From Octopus sinensis (Eukaryota), in assembly GCF_006345805.1 (NCBI RefSeq), contig NC_043026.1, positions 6,882,001-6,946,000 on the forward strand: a stretch of 64,000 nt of DNA, read 5' to 3'. The position numbers and the translations under genes are program-made. Under the pieces are notes generated by a model. It did no database searches and was not told the origin of the DNA. It worked only from the letters and a program-made list of their open reading frames with translations. Positions within the stretch are counted from its first letter, which is position 1, and each line of letters opens with the position of its first letter. Positions 26,602 through 39,244 of this stretch are shown here, one piece after another.

Positions 26602-27610
26602 TATATATATATAGATATTATATAATGGGATTTCTTTCATTTTCTATCTACCAAATCCACTCACGAGACTTTGGTGGGCTGAGACTGTTGTAGAAGACAC
26701 TTGCCCAAGATGCCACGCAGTGGGACTGAACCCAGAACCATGTGGTTGGTAAGCAAGCTACTTGCCACACAGCCACTCCTGCCCCTATATACCAAACATG
26801 GACTTTACTAAAATCATTGAATAATGTTTGGGTTTAATTTTAACTTGTTTTTATACAGAACTTGACAGAGACAAACGTTTAAACATACACACACACACCT
26901 GAGTGAGCATATAAGTGTACTCATTTATGTGTGTGTGTGTGTGTGTATATATAATATATATATACACACTTTCACTTATTATCTGTTATGCTACATAAGT
27001 GATTGAAGGGCCGTGAGTTTTGTGCCTGGCACTTTTAGTTTGATAAGTTCCCGCCCGGAAACACTTGCACTTTGAGTCACGTATTTAGCTTCACAGCTAA
27101 CACACACACACACACACACACACACACGGGAAGGACAGAGAGAGGATGTATGCATGTACGTATATGCAAATATTCATGCATGTGTGTATGAATAAATATA
27201 TATATATATATATATAGGCGCAGGAGTGGCTGTGTGGTAAGTAGCTTGCTAACCAACCACATGGTTCCGGGTTCAGTCCCACTGCGTGGCATCTTGGGCA
27301 AGTGTCTTCTACTATAGCCTCGGGTCGACCAAAGCCTTGTGAGTGGATTTGGTAGACGGAAACTGAAAGAAGCCTGTTGTATATATGTATATATATATGT
27401 ATGTGCGTGTATGTTTGTGTGTCTGTGTTTGTCCCCCTAGCATTGCTTGACAACCGATGCTGGTGTGTTTACGTCCCCGATACTTAGCGGTTCGGCAAAA
27501 GAGGCCGATAGAATAAGTACTAGGCTTACAAAGAATAAGTCCCGAGGTCGAGTTGCTCAATTAAAGGCGGTGCTCCAGCATGGCCGCAGTCAAATAACTG
27601 AAACAAATAA
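26333..27610. mobile_element. Two divergent SINE family A copies (26333-26782 minus; 27217-27610 plus)
   Basis: Near-consensus heads facing away from each other, about 430 bp apart. Confidence 0.85.
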
Positions 27611-27774
27611 AAAGAAAAGAAAAAAGAAAGATATATATGTGTGTATGGGTGTGTTAAAAGTACTTAGCTTTCCAACTGTCAGGGTTTCAGTTCAGTCCTG
27701 GAGCATGGCACCTTGGACAAGTGTCATCTACTATAGCCCCAGGCCAACCAAAGTCTTGTAAGTGGACCTAGTGA

Positions 27775-27985
27775 GGTTTCCATTTAGTGGCCTCTTTCAT
27801 TTTCCGTATACCAGCCGTTGTGGTTTTGTGGCACGAAGCAAAGCTGATCTTGCCCCTCACTCAAGAAAACACAGAGTGAATGATTCGCAAGCATTTGAGC
27901 AAACTGAGCCCTCATCTGGTCCCATTTGCCAAAAGGTTTGCAAGGGACCAGCAGGCCTCTCAAGAGACACATTCACATCCAATAA
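27775..27985 (+). mobile_element. Decayed LINE (probably RTE-type) C-terminal C2H2 zinc-finger fragment
   Basis: CGFVARSKADLAPHSRKH and PICQKVCKGPAGLSR resemble the terminal CxxC..GLxxH fingers of RTE ORF2. No splice context. Confidence 0.55.
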
Positions 27986-28235
27986 TGTAAATAAGGCAAA
28001 ATGCTGTTAGGCTTCTTGTCTGTCATGCTAATGATTCTGCTAACGAGCTAGCAGAATCATTAAATCACTGAAGGAAATGCTTACCATCATTTGGTCTGAT
28101 TCTTCAGTTCAAATGCTTCCAAGGTGGGTTGATGGCATCAATTTGATTACATCAACCCATCAACCGCTCCACCACCGCCTCCCACCGAATAATAATTAAA
28201 AAGGGGACAGTGATAGTATGAACAAGTCTGATCAA

Positions 28236-28690
28236 TAGTTAGTTAGTTAGTTAGTTAATTTTTGGGCTCAAAAAGCAAAAAAGCAAGGCCATGTAGGGGG
28301 ACATGGAGTTATGTACAGGGAGGGTGTTCATGTAAAGAGTTCTGGCCACTTGTGGTCAAGAGAGACTTTGAACCGAGCGGTCGTCGGCATCTTCACCATC
28401 TCGTCCGGCAGCTTATTCCACAGATCCGCAACCCAGACGGAGAAAGCCCCTCTCCTTCGATTGAGATGAAATCGTCGCAGATAGAGCTTTTCGGAATGAC
28501 CCCACAGCCAACGCTGTGGAACAGGAGTGAAGAACAGCTCCTTCGAGAGGTTACACTTTCCGCTTATGATGTTGTGAGCAAGAATGAGATCACCACGGCG
28601 GTGGCGTTTTTCTAGAGAATAAAGGTCGAGCGTCTTCAGCCTTTCTTCTGAAGACAAATTCTTGAGACCAAGAACCATGCGGGAGCATAA
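28236..28690 (-). mobile_element. CR1-clade LINE 3' fragment
   Basis: GLKNLSSEERLKTLDLYSLEKRHRRGDLI...GHSEKL...FSVWVADLWNKLPDEMV...FKVSLD matches the CR1 ORF2 C-terminus. A short UTR ends in an (AACT)n tail at 28236-28256; 5' truncated. Confidence 0.9.
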
Positions 28691-29879
28691 CCCGGGGCTA
28701 AACAATCAGAAGGACAAGGAATATCCTAAACAATGAGACAACTGTAGGGTGTGCCCTTCCTCACATTTAGCAGTAAGAAACCTGAAACCCTGAGGAGGGG
28801 TGTTATGTTGGGCCCTTTAAAAAAAACAAGAAAGGATTGAGCTGCAATTAAGGGTTTCTAAGCATAAAGGAGGTGTAGCAGGGCAGAATACTTATATATT
28901 TTTAATATTTTATTTATCTATTTATCGTTTAAATAGCAAAAGAAGAATTCACAGAGAGCCACCAACCCGCGACCCCACCACCACCAACTTCTGCTCTGTG
29001 GGGAGGGAAGGAATGAGGGGAGGTGTCAGGGACAGACAGACAGACAAAAGTATGTAAAGAAAGGATGTCTTGTTTTGACTTATACAGGCATTGGGGCCTG
29101 GGTTTGGGTTGGGGCAAGTGGCGGTGGTGGGGGGGTGACACCCCCCACCTTCCCCTCCCCTCAAACAGGCCTTTCTCGCTGCTTCTTGGTGATAGAACGG
29201 GAGGAAAGATAAGCTGGGAGGAGGGAGAGATGCAGGGAAGTGGGGGTAGGAGGAGAGCAACAGACTGTTGCCTTGTATGTTTCTTTGCAGGGGTTTGCAC
29301 GTGGGTGGGGTGGGTGAGGTGGATGGGGCAGGGGGACCCCCCTGCGCCTTGCACGCGTACGTGTGTGTGAGTATGTAAAAGTGAGAGTACATGTGCATGG
29401 GAGAGAGAAAGAGGGAGAATGTGTGAGAGAGGGAATGAGAGAGAGAGAGAGAAAGAATGTGAGAGAGAAAGAGAATGTGTGTGAGAGAGAGAGAATTGAG
29501 AGAGAGGGAATGAGTGAGAGAGAGAGGGAATGTGTGAGAGAGAGTTTGTATGTGTGTGTGTGTGGGGGGGGGCAATGGTGGTGTTGGCTGCGGAGGGGGT
29601 TAAGTGAAGCTGGCAAATGTTATAAGCAGAGAAGCATTCCACAAAATGTGCAACGATGGTGTAGGGGGGGAAGGGGGATGCACGTGAGATGCAGCACTTA
29701 AAGAATGGTTGTTTGTACGAGAGAGGGGGAGAGAGGGTGGGGGGAAGAAGGAGACAGTGTTCATTCATACAGGGTGGTGGAGGTGGAGGTGGTGGTGGTA
29801 GGGGGACAGGAAGACTTGTGTTTTTAATATCAATGAATGAAAATATGAATGAATGAAGGAAGGAATTAATGATGACAAA

Positions 29880-30255
29880 AGTGCTGATGGTGGCGGGGAA
29901 GGTGGTGGTGGTAGTGGTGGTGGTGGTAGTGGTGGCAGTGATGACGGTGGTGGTGTGGTAGTAGTGATAATGATTGTAGTGCTGATGATGATGGTGATGA
30001 GGATGATGATGATGATGATGATGATGCTGAGGATGAGGATGATGGTGATGATGGTGGTCGTGGTGGTGATGATGATAATGATGATGGTGATGATGATGGT
30101 GATGATGGTGATGATGATGATGGTGATAATGATGATGGTGACGATGATGATGATGGTGATGATGATGATGGTGATGATAGTGATGATGGTGATGATGGTG
30201 ATGATGGTGATGATGGTGATGATAGTGATGATAGTGATGATGGTGGTGATGATGA

Positions 30256-30289
<34 letters not shown>

Positions 30290-30342
30290 GGCGATGATGG
30301 TGATGGTGATGATGATGATGATGATGGTGGTAGTGGTGGTGG

Positions 30343-30377
<35 letters not shown>

Positions 30378-30660
30378 GTGATGGTGATGGTGATGATGGT
30401 GATGATAATGATGATGATGATGATGGTGGTGGTGATGACGATGATGATGAGGAAATTAATGGTGGCGGTGATGATGAAAATGATTGTAGCACTGATGATA
30501 ATGGTGGTGGCGATGATGGTGATGGTAGCGGTAATAATGGTAGTGATAGCAATGATGGTGGTGATGATGATGATGATGAAAATGATGGTTGTGATAATAG
30601 TGGCAGTGATGGTGATAATGATGGTGGAGATGATGATGGTGATGCTGATAGTTATGGCAC
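29880..30660. repeat. (GAT/GGT)n trinucleotide array
   Basis: About 780 bp of mixed ATG/GTG triplets. Shorter arrays lie at 40399-40680 and 63060-63480. Confidence 0.95.
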
Positions 30661-30699
30661 CAATGATAACTATCTGTCAGAGACAAAGGTAATCAGCCT

Positions 30700-33060
30700 A
30701 TCGCATACGAAGATATCAGCTTAACCAGACAGAGGGATATCGTCATACACTAAGACATCATGGATCATCAAATATGAAAATATTGGCATATTGGATAGGA
30801 AGATATCATCCGATACCGTATTATCTTCCTATCTGATATTACTCTATCAAACACGATATCACATATTTAATATTTATAAATATGTCAAATATTGCATATT
30901 TATGAAATAAAAAGTTATTGGACGACCAAACATGATGAGATTAGATCATGGGATATGAAAATATCAAACTAGGAAGCATGAAGATATCACTGTACTGTAT
31001 ATCAAGATAGACTAAGAAATATGAAGATACCAACTGGGATAAGGATATAAGATTATCAGATATGGCGATATCAGCCTAATAAATATGAAGCTACTAACCT
31101 ATTTTGTATGAAGATATCACATAATATAATATGAAGATAGCATGTCAATATGAAGATATCAGTCTATCATATATGAAGATATAGGTCAATTACATATGGA
31201 GATATCATTATATCAAATGCAAAATTATCAGACAACCAAATATTAATCATGAAGATATCGTCCTATCGAGTGTGAAGATATTGCTACATTGGTAATAAAG
31301 ATATCAGGCCATGGATATGTGGATATCAATAGACTTCTAATTATAAAGATACGGAGCCATCAAAAATGGTGATATTGGCATATTACATCAGTTCTAACAG
31401 ACATTAAAATATCCGATTACAAAACAAAAAATTATTTCAGATTATGAAACGCCATTTCATCATTCTGGGTTCTTCATTCTTGTAAAGTGGGAAGCGTTTG
31501 GGAATTCATTCATAGTCTTTGAGGATCCCTTACTTTGGTATTGTTCGGTTTTCCTCATTGGTAGATATTGGTGTCTACTTTTCGGGAGGATCTGAAGCAT
31601 AAGATTATCAACCTAATAAATAGGAAGATATCTCCTGCCCCCAACCTATCTCCCTAATAACCCCCACCCAACCCATTTCCACCATTCACTGCATTCCCCC
31701 CTCTTTCCCATTTTCTGTCCACACTCTCGTAAACTTACCCACCCACTCACCCTATCCAATCCTCTGCATAACACTTATATACCCCTCCCTGCAACTTGAG
31801 GATATGCCCTGGTACCTCAGCACCATCTATTCCTCTCTCTCTCTCTTTTCTAACTGGTGTGGCCACGTACCTTCTCTACTGCAAGACCCCTATCTGTCCC
31901 TTTATTCATACCCTAACCTCGTCATTTGGTACAAAGCCATCTCCCTAAATACTAATCCCTAACTCAGTAAGGGAGCCTTTCTCTTGCAAGTTACTTGGCA
32001 ACCTCACTGGTGTTGGTACCACATAAAAAGCACCCAGTCCACACTATAAAGTGGTTGGCATTTGGAAGGGCGTCCAGCTGTAAAAACCATGCCGAAACCG
32101 ACCTCACCTGTGTGAGTGCATGTAAAAAGCATCAAGTCCACTCTATGGAATGGCTGGGGTTGGGAAGAGCATCCAGCCATAAAAAACCCTGCCAAAACAC
32201 TCAGAAGCATAGCGCAGGCCCCTGCCTGGCCAGCTCCTGTCAAACCGTCCAACCCATGCCAGCATGGAAGGAGGACATTAAAAGATTATGATGATGATGA
32301 CCTGTCTACACTGAACAAAGATATTTACAATATTGAATGTTTAGATGTCAGTATGTTAAATAAGTAGCTACCAGGCTACCAAATAATATAATGATACCAG
32401 CCTATATACTATGATGATACCGGCCAGTCAAATGTGAAGATAGCAGTGTCAAATGTAAAGATATCAGACTGTGAAATAAGAAGATATCAATGGGTTACAA
32501 TTACAAATATATCAGACCATCATACAAGATATCAAACTACGAATCATGAAGATATTGGTCTATATTGTATGAAGATATCACTACACTGAATATTAGGGTA
32601 ATAAACTATGATGAACATAATCTGACAATTATAAAAATATTAGATTATCAAACGAAGATATCAGCATATTTAATATGAAGATATCGACCTTTTACACATG
32701 AATATGTTCGCCTATCACATATCACTGCAAAATATACAGCAAAATATGAAGATATTGGTCTGTGTATATGATGATATCAGCTTCTAAATTGGAAGATATC
32801 AATATAAAGCAAAAATAACAGATGACAAAATATTAAAAAAATACTGGACCATCAGATATTATAAGACTGTTAAGCTTATCAAATACGAAGATATCAGTCT
32901 ATTGGTATGAAGATATCTGCCCACCAATTGCGATGATATCAATGTATCAAATAGGGAGACAACAGCTTTATCAAACACAAGGATATCGACCTATTATATA
33001 TGAAGGTATCTAATCAAATATTGATGATTTCAAACTTGGGGAATATCGGAGATATCATTC
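30700..33060. repeat. Ancient degenerate ~23-bp minisatellite (ATGAAGATATC core)
   Basis: Dozens of GAAGATATC/GATATC motifs at roughly 20-35-bp spacing, e.g. ATGAAGATATCAGTCTATCATAT. Interrupted at ~31440-31600 and ~31630-32300. Confidence 0.7.
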
Positions 33061-33252
33061 TGTTAGCTCCGTGACTTTTTAACATTTAAAGTTTATCATC
33101 TTTCAAACAAAATAAAAGTCAGTTATTGATGAAGTAAAGATCCAATCACTCTCTCGTGTCGGTGACCGGATTAGCGTGCAGCATGCTTGGTGCACGTGCA
33201 TTTGTGCATGTGCACGAGAGAGAAAATGTGGGCATATGTGAGAATATGTATG

Positions 33253-33439
33253 TGCAGGAGTGGCTGTGTGGTAAGTAGCTTGCTAACCAACCACATGGTT
33301 CCGGGTTCAGTCCCACTGCGTGGCATCTTGGGCAAGTGTCTTCAACTATAGCCTCGGGCCAACCAAAGCCTTGTGAGTGGATTTGGTAGACGGAAATTGA
33401 AAGAAGCCTGTCGTATATATGTATATATATATATATTAT

Positions 33440-33486
<47 letters not shown>

Positions 33487-34060
33487 GTGAAGGCGCATGG
33501 CTCAGTGGTTAGAGCGTCGAGCTTACGATCGTGAGGTTGTGAGCTCGAATCCCGGACCGGGCTGCGTGTTGTGTTCTCGAGCAAGGCACTTTATTTCACG
33601 TTGCTCCAGTTCACTCAGCTGTAGAAATGAGTTGCGACGTCACAGGTGCCAAGCTGTATCGGCCCTTGCCTTTCCCTTGGATAACACTGGTAGCGTGGAG
33701 AGGGGAGGCTGGTATGCATGGGCGACTGCTGGTCTTCCATAAACAACCTTGCCCGGACTTGTGTCTAGGAGGGGAACTTTCTAGGTGCAATTCCATGGTC
33801 ATTCATGACCGAAGGGGGTCTTTACCCTATATATAAGTGTGTGTGTATATGTTTGTGTGTGTGTGTTTGTCCCCCTAGCATTGCTTGACAACCGATGCTG
33901 GTGTGTTTACGTCCCCGTCACTTAGCGGTTCGACAAAAGAGACCGATAGAATAAGTACTGGGCTTACAAAGAATAAGTCCCGGGGTCGATTTGCTCGACT
34001 AAAAGCGGTGCTCCAGCATGGCCACAGTCAAACGACTGAAACAAGTAAAAGAGTAAAGAG
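33253..34060 (+). mobile_element. SINE family A with nested SINE D
   Basis: A head 33253-33413, (TA)n, D 33487-33830, A tail 33835-34060. Confidence 0.9.
33487..33830 (+). mobile_element. tRNA(Arg)-like SINE family D
   Basis: GGCGCATGGCTCAGTGGTTAGAGCG..TTACGA..CGAATCCC head. Other copies: 5431-5640(-) and 51252-51690(+, duplicated tail). Confidence 0.85.
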
Positions 34061-34452
34061 CATGTAAGAATGTGTGTGCTTGTGTTTGTGAGAGTGTATG
34101 TGTTTATGTAGTGTATGTGTGTGTGTGTGTGTGCATGACGATGTGCATGCCGTACATAAGAATGTGTGTGTGTAGAGGCAAGTAGGTGTGAATATGTAAA
34201 CGTGGGGATGGGTAAATATAGGTGTATATAAAAGCATGAATATTAGAATTCAGGAGCACGTATTGCAATGTGAGTAAGTACACCTCGGAGTGAGAATGTG
34301 TGGAGTGCAGGTGCATGTTGGTGTAAGCATGTGCAAGTATGTACATGTCAGTGTAGATATATAAACACCCCCTTCGGTCATTGCAAAAAATTTCTCACTG
34401 TAATCTGCAATCACACCGAGTCAGTTTGAAGCTCTCTCTAAACAGACTGATG

Positions 34453-34492
34453 GATGCATGCATTTCAGAGAGGTTATCTCCTCTTCAGGAGA
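34453..34492 (-). ncRNA. Partial hammerhead motif
   Basis: Reverse complement is TCTC-CTGAAGA-GGAGA-taacc-TCTCT-GAA-ATGCAT(GCAT). Core, stem II and palindromic stem III are present; stem I is unpaired. Confidence 0.45.
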
Positions 34493-34506
34493 TATATATA
34501 TATATA

Positions 34507-35017
34507 AATTGAGATAGGGGTTTAAGTACAACCCTCTATGGGATAATATATATCCAATATACTGCTAGTAAAGCACCCAACAAAGTTAATACTCAAATGT
34601 TAAGAACTGCGATGCAATTAATTCATTTACTGTATTATATGGGCAAAGGTAAAATGTTTTACCACAAATTAATAATACAAAATAAGAGAGGCCTTGGGAT
34701 ATTTTTGTAAGTGTCTCATTTATAACTACATATTGACCTATCACACATGGCTAATATGAGCATAATGAGACACCCATATCTGCATGGCCGAAACAGCTGT
34801 AAGATGTAGTTTATATTTATATTTGTATTTATTTATATTCACTTATACATACTGTACTTATTGTATCATATTATTCTTTCATGTACATTGTTTTGTTCTA
34901 TATTATTATGTTTGACCTTAATGTTCGTATGTAGTGGTTTAATAAATTATGTGATTGGGTATTTATCTGGTAGTTGATCATTGATTAAGATGTATTTCTC
35001 CATTTTCTTATTTTGTA
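34507..35017 (+). mobile_element. Penelope-like pLTR-type remnant in (TA)n
   Basis: AT-rich 510-nt unit bounded by (TA)n, with a long hairpin plus GAAACAGCTGT and a T-rich tail. Confidence 0.45.
34685..34804 (+). ncRNA. Hammerhead remnant with long stem II (5' core lost)
   Basis: GGCC...GATAT...GTGTCTCATT-loop-AATGAGACAC..ATATC...GGCC-GAA-ACAGCTGT-A. The 3' half is intact, but there is no canonical CTGANGA upstream. Confidence 0.45.
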
Positions 35018-35018
35018 C

Positions 35019-35053
<35 letters not shown>

Positions 35054-35147
35054 ACATATATATAGATAGAGAGAGCACTGCAATAGAGAAGTAAAATAAC
35101 AAAACGGAAGAACATTTAAGAATGTGAAAAGGAAAGTTGAACAGCCT

Positions 35148-35235
35148 CTCTACATTTCAGTCCATCATCAGAAGCATATGATTTTTCTAAACTGGAAACT
35201 CCTGATAAAGGGCCTTTGTGCCCGAAATATAAAGG
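35148..35235. ncRNA. Back-to-back pair of decayed hammerhead motifs
   Basis: Minus 35148-35174: CTT-CTGATGA-tggact-GAA-ATGT-A-GAG (stem II collapsed). Plus 35198-35235: CTGATAA-A-GGGC-ctttgt-GCCC-GAA-ATAT-A. Confidence 0.45.
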
Positions 35236-35363
35236 TTGCTTTTGATCGAATCTCCTTTATGTATTGCTTGAAGCTTCCCCTTCTTTTTTTCTGTTGTCGT
35301 TTTACTAATAAATATGTAAGCTGTAACAAACAAAGAAATGAGATGAAGAAGAGATCAACCTAC

Positions 35364-35493
35364 CTAGTCTGGTACAAATGGTCACCATTAACATGCCAAT
35401 AGGACAGCTGTCATCAACTTTTAATGTCTTTATTATATCATCCAATGTCCGGACTTTTAATATGCGGTGTTTCATTTTGTATTCCACAAGGTC
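35364..35493 (-). CDS. TLN: Talin coding exon (F0/F1 junction, 130 nt)
   Basis: TTTTTTCAG|GAC CTT GTG GAA TAC...ACC AGA CTA G|GTAGGT gives DLVEYKMKHRILKVRTLDDIIKTLKVDDSCPIGMLMVTICTRL(G), matching talin DTMEYRKKQRPLKIRMLDGTVKTIMVDDSKTVTDMLMTICARIG. Its phase-0 acceptor joins the 49728 exon in frame (...RNG|DLVEY...). Confidence 0.95.
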
Positions 35494-35809
35494 CTGAAAA
35501 AACAACAACAACAATAATAATTATAAAATATACAAAAAAAAACAAAATAAACTGCCATGTTTTCCTCAGCGATCTCCCCCCGCCTTCTCTCTAAAATTCA
35601 TAAACTTTCTTGCTTAGTTTTATGACATAGGTAAAAAGCACCCACTACACTCATGGAGTGGTTGGCGTTAGGAAGGGCATCCAGCTGTAGAAACATTGCC
35701 AGATAAGACTGGAGCCTGGGGCAGCCTTCTGGCTTCCCAGATCCCCGGTTGAACCGTCCAACCCATGCAAGCAAGGAGAACGGACGTTAAACGATGATGA
35801 TGATGATGA

Positions 35810-36748
35810 AAGCAACTGAGAATTCCTGTGGACAGCTCGCTGAGTGCCACAGACGAAATCTGTGGCTGGTGCAAAGTCTCACACAGACCTAGGGTGACGT
35901 GGTGGTGAAACGATGCTGTAGACAGGGCCATTAGAGCAAAGAAACAGGCCTGGAAGAGTGGGGGGTATCAGGGAACTGTATCAGATAGCCAAAGGGGAAG
36001 CTAAGAGATAAGTATATCCATCCAAGGGAGAAGCAGAAAAAAAAGAAGTTTACCAATGTCCAGTGGCGCAGGAGTGGCTGTGTGGTAAGTAGCTTGCTAA
36101 CCAACCATATGGTTCCGGGTTCAGTCCCACTGCGTGGCACCTTGGGCAAGTGTCTTCTACTATAGCCTCGGGCCGACCAAAGCCTTGTGAGTGGATTTGG
36201 TAGACGGAAACTGAAAGAAGCCCGTCGTATATATGTATATATATGTATGTATGTATGTGTATGTGTGTGTCTGTGTTTGTCCCCCTAGCATTGCTTGACA
36301 ACCGATGCTGGTGTTTTTACGTCCCCGTTACTTAGCGGTTCGGCAAAAGAGACCGATAGAATAAGTACTGGGCTTACAAAGAATAAGTCCCGGGGTCAAG
36401 TTGCTCGATTAAAGGCGGTGCTCCAGCATGGCCGCAGTCAAATGACTGAAACAAGTAAAAGAGTAAAAAGAGTGACGTGAGGACCAAAGATCTGAAGTGT
36501 TTTAAAATGCAAGACTGTGTGAGAGAGAAAATTATGAGGTCCTAGGAGAGAAATGTGTCCACCTGGATGATGGTGTACTTGCATTTAACGATTCTGCAGA
36601 GATCAAAGCCTGGAGATGCCATTATGAAAGACTGCTGAACATGGAGAATGAGAGGGAAGGATCAGCTACCTAAATTGACAGTACCTTGGTAGTTAAAGCA
36701 ATTAAGGACATGAAGACAGGGAAAGCCCCCCCCCCAGCCCATCAGGAA
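35810..36748 (+). mobile_element. RTE-clade LINE ORF2 fragment split by a SINE
   Basis: 35810-35990 reads ATDEICGWCKVSHRPRVTWW*NDAVDRAIRAKKQAWK. 36480-36748 reads ENYEVLGEKCVHLDDGVLAFNDSAEIKAWRCHYERLLNMENE...IDSTLVVKAIKDMKTGKAP. Together these are the EN-RT linker up to RT domain 0, with stops and frameshifts. Confidence 0.8.
36065..36472 (+). mobile_element. SINE family A, near consensus
   Basis: Full length; interrupts the RTE fragment. Confidence 0.9.
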
Positions 36749-39244
36749 GAAATAATAAATATTATTATTATTGTCTGACTTCTCAGAGCATTCAGTCTTG
36801 TTTTCTCCGGTAGATTCTGTGAAAGCGAACAGCAGTCAGAGGTCTCACAGGGTCTCTTTCCACACATTAAAGAGGCCCTTATCATAATTATTTATTAAGG
36901 TGGTGAAACTGGCAGAACCGTTAGCATGACGGGCAAAATGCTTAGCAGTATTTCATCTACCTCTACATTTTGAGTTCAAATTCCACCGAGGTCAATTTTG
37001 CCTTTCAACCTCTTGGGATCAATAAATTAAGTACCAGCAAAGCACTGGGGTCGGTGTAATCGACAAGTACCCTCCCTCCAAATTTCAAGGCCCTGTGCCT
37101 TCAGTAGAAAGGGTTATTATTATTATTATTATTATTATTGTACCTGACTGGCTCCTGTGCTGTTGGCATGTAAAAAGCACCATTCAAGCATGGCTGATGC
37201 CAGTACCGCTTGATTGGCCCCCATGCTGGTGGCACATAAAAAAGCACCCACTACACTCTTGGAGTGGTTGGTGTTATGAAAGGAAACCAGTTGTAGAAAC
37301 CTTGCCAGATCAGATTGGGGCTTGGTACAGCTTTCTGGCTCACCAGTCCTCAGTCAAACTGTCCAACCCATGCCAGCATCGAAAGTGGATGATAAACAAT
37401 GATGATGATTATTATTATTATTATTATTATTATTTGAGCAGCATTCTAGCAGAATGGTTAGCAGGCTGGGCTAAATGCTTAGTGGCATTTTATCCATCTT
37501 TACATTCCGAGATCAAATCCCGCCAAGGTTGACTGGGGTCAACATAATCGACTAGACCCCACCCCTAAAATTTCAGGCCTTGTGCCATCAGTAGAAAGGA
37601 TTATTATTATTATTATTATTATTATTGGGAAAATGTGGTGTCCCCAGTATCAAAAGAATGCTGCTGAGGACTCACAGACACACACACACACATATATACA
37701 TACACGAACATACATACACACACACATGTGTACATACTCTTTTACACACACATACACTTATATATATATACTCACACAGACACACGTTTAATTGCAAATA
37801 TATTCATGCATATATATATATACACATAAACATATATTACACACACACATATACACACCTATCTAAAACACAAATATGCAGGGTGAGTCTCCACATTGTC
37901 ACACTCCCTCACCCATGGAAACAGAGACAAACAAACCCATTGTTCATAATTGCAGTTTGCAATAATAAAATAAATAATTATCTAGGTTAATGAGTTAATC
38001 AATTATATCCTTTCTGCTAAAACTATGCGGCCTTGTGCTAATTATCCTCATTATCGTTATTAACGATGGGTGGGGGCTTAGTTATGTCCCTTAAACTTTT
38101 CAGACCGAATCCTACTGGAATGAGATGGGTACAAAATCCTGTGGAGATTGATACAAGCACTTCATCGTCGTTGGTCAACTTCTGCTTTTCCATGCCTTCA
38201 TGGGTTGAACGGGAATTTGCTGTGGTAGACCTTTCTGGAGCCGGATGCCTTTCCTGTCACTAACCCTCACCTGTGATATTTCCCTGTGACCAGACGTTTC
38301 CAGGGAAGACTGGAAACGAAGGTCATTGCTCATATGACAGTGAGATTCATTTACAGCTATCACATGATGGCAAAGCAGTAGCACATGGCCACATGGTTGT
38401 GTGGTAAGTAGCTTGCTTTTGAACCACATGGTTTCAGGTTTAGTCCCAATTTTTCTCTTCATGTAGGAGAATACATGGCTGCATGTTTTAAGGGTTAACA
38501 TGGCTACACATACGACACACAGAGGAGAACATCATCATCATCGTCTAATGTCCGTTTTCCATGCTAGCACGGGCCGGACGGTTCAACCCGGGTTTGGGAA
38601 GCCAGGAGGCTGCACCAGGCTCCAGTCTTGATCTGGCAGAGTTTCTACAGCTGGATGCCCTTCCTAATGCCAACCACTCCAGGAGTGTAGTGGGTGCTTT
38701 TTACGTGCCACCGGCACAGGTGCCAGGGGAGGCTGGCAGTGGCCATGATGAGAATCTAATATGGTAAGATGTTAAACTGTATCCGGTTGAGGGCCTTGTA
38801 AGGTAGTTTCAGGGTTTTGAAGAGTGAGGACCCACCTCTTCATTCTTGTTTCCAGGTCTAATCTGGCCCTAAATAATAGTCCCTGTTAGGGTCCCAGTTA
38901 TGGGTTAACCAGCATACGTACCACCTGCTTCAAACCCCGGGTATGTTTGCTCTGACAATCAGCGTTGATTTGTTCAGTGAATCCTCTGCGATGGTCCACA
39001 ATCAACAGCAAGATGAGCTGCTATGGATCACACTATCTCAAAGTATGTATACATGTGACCAGGGACCACATGTGGACTTGCAGCCCCTCTGAAACTCCAA
39101 ACATGACCTCCATGCCTCAACAACAAATGATGGCTTCAGCTACACTGTCCACATTACCTGACATGCTTGCTACCCGGGGGGGAGGAGGCATTTGTCAAAT
39201 TTGTAAACTGGACTTTTGGGCTGCAGGCAGAAGAATGACTTTGC

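Noticed and set aside
27762-28010. Host C2H2 zinc-finger gene exon
   Set aside because: Zinc ligands are partly lost and there are no splice signals; a LINE C-terminus fits better.
29853-30692. 279-aa Met/Val-rich ORF and antisense Ser/Pro and His ORFs
   Set aside because: Pure (GAT/GGT)n array.
33487-33560. tRNA-Arg-like sequence (also 13573-13640 and family A heads)
   Set aside because: No complete acceptor stem or terminator, and it continues into a SINE body. These are SINE heads, not tRNA genes.
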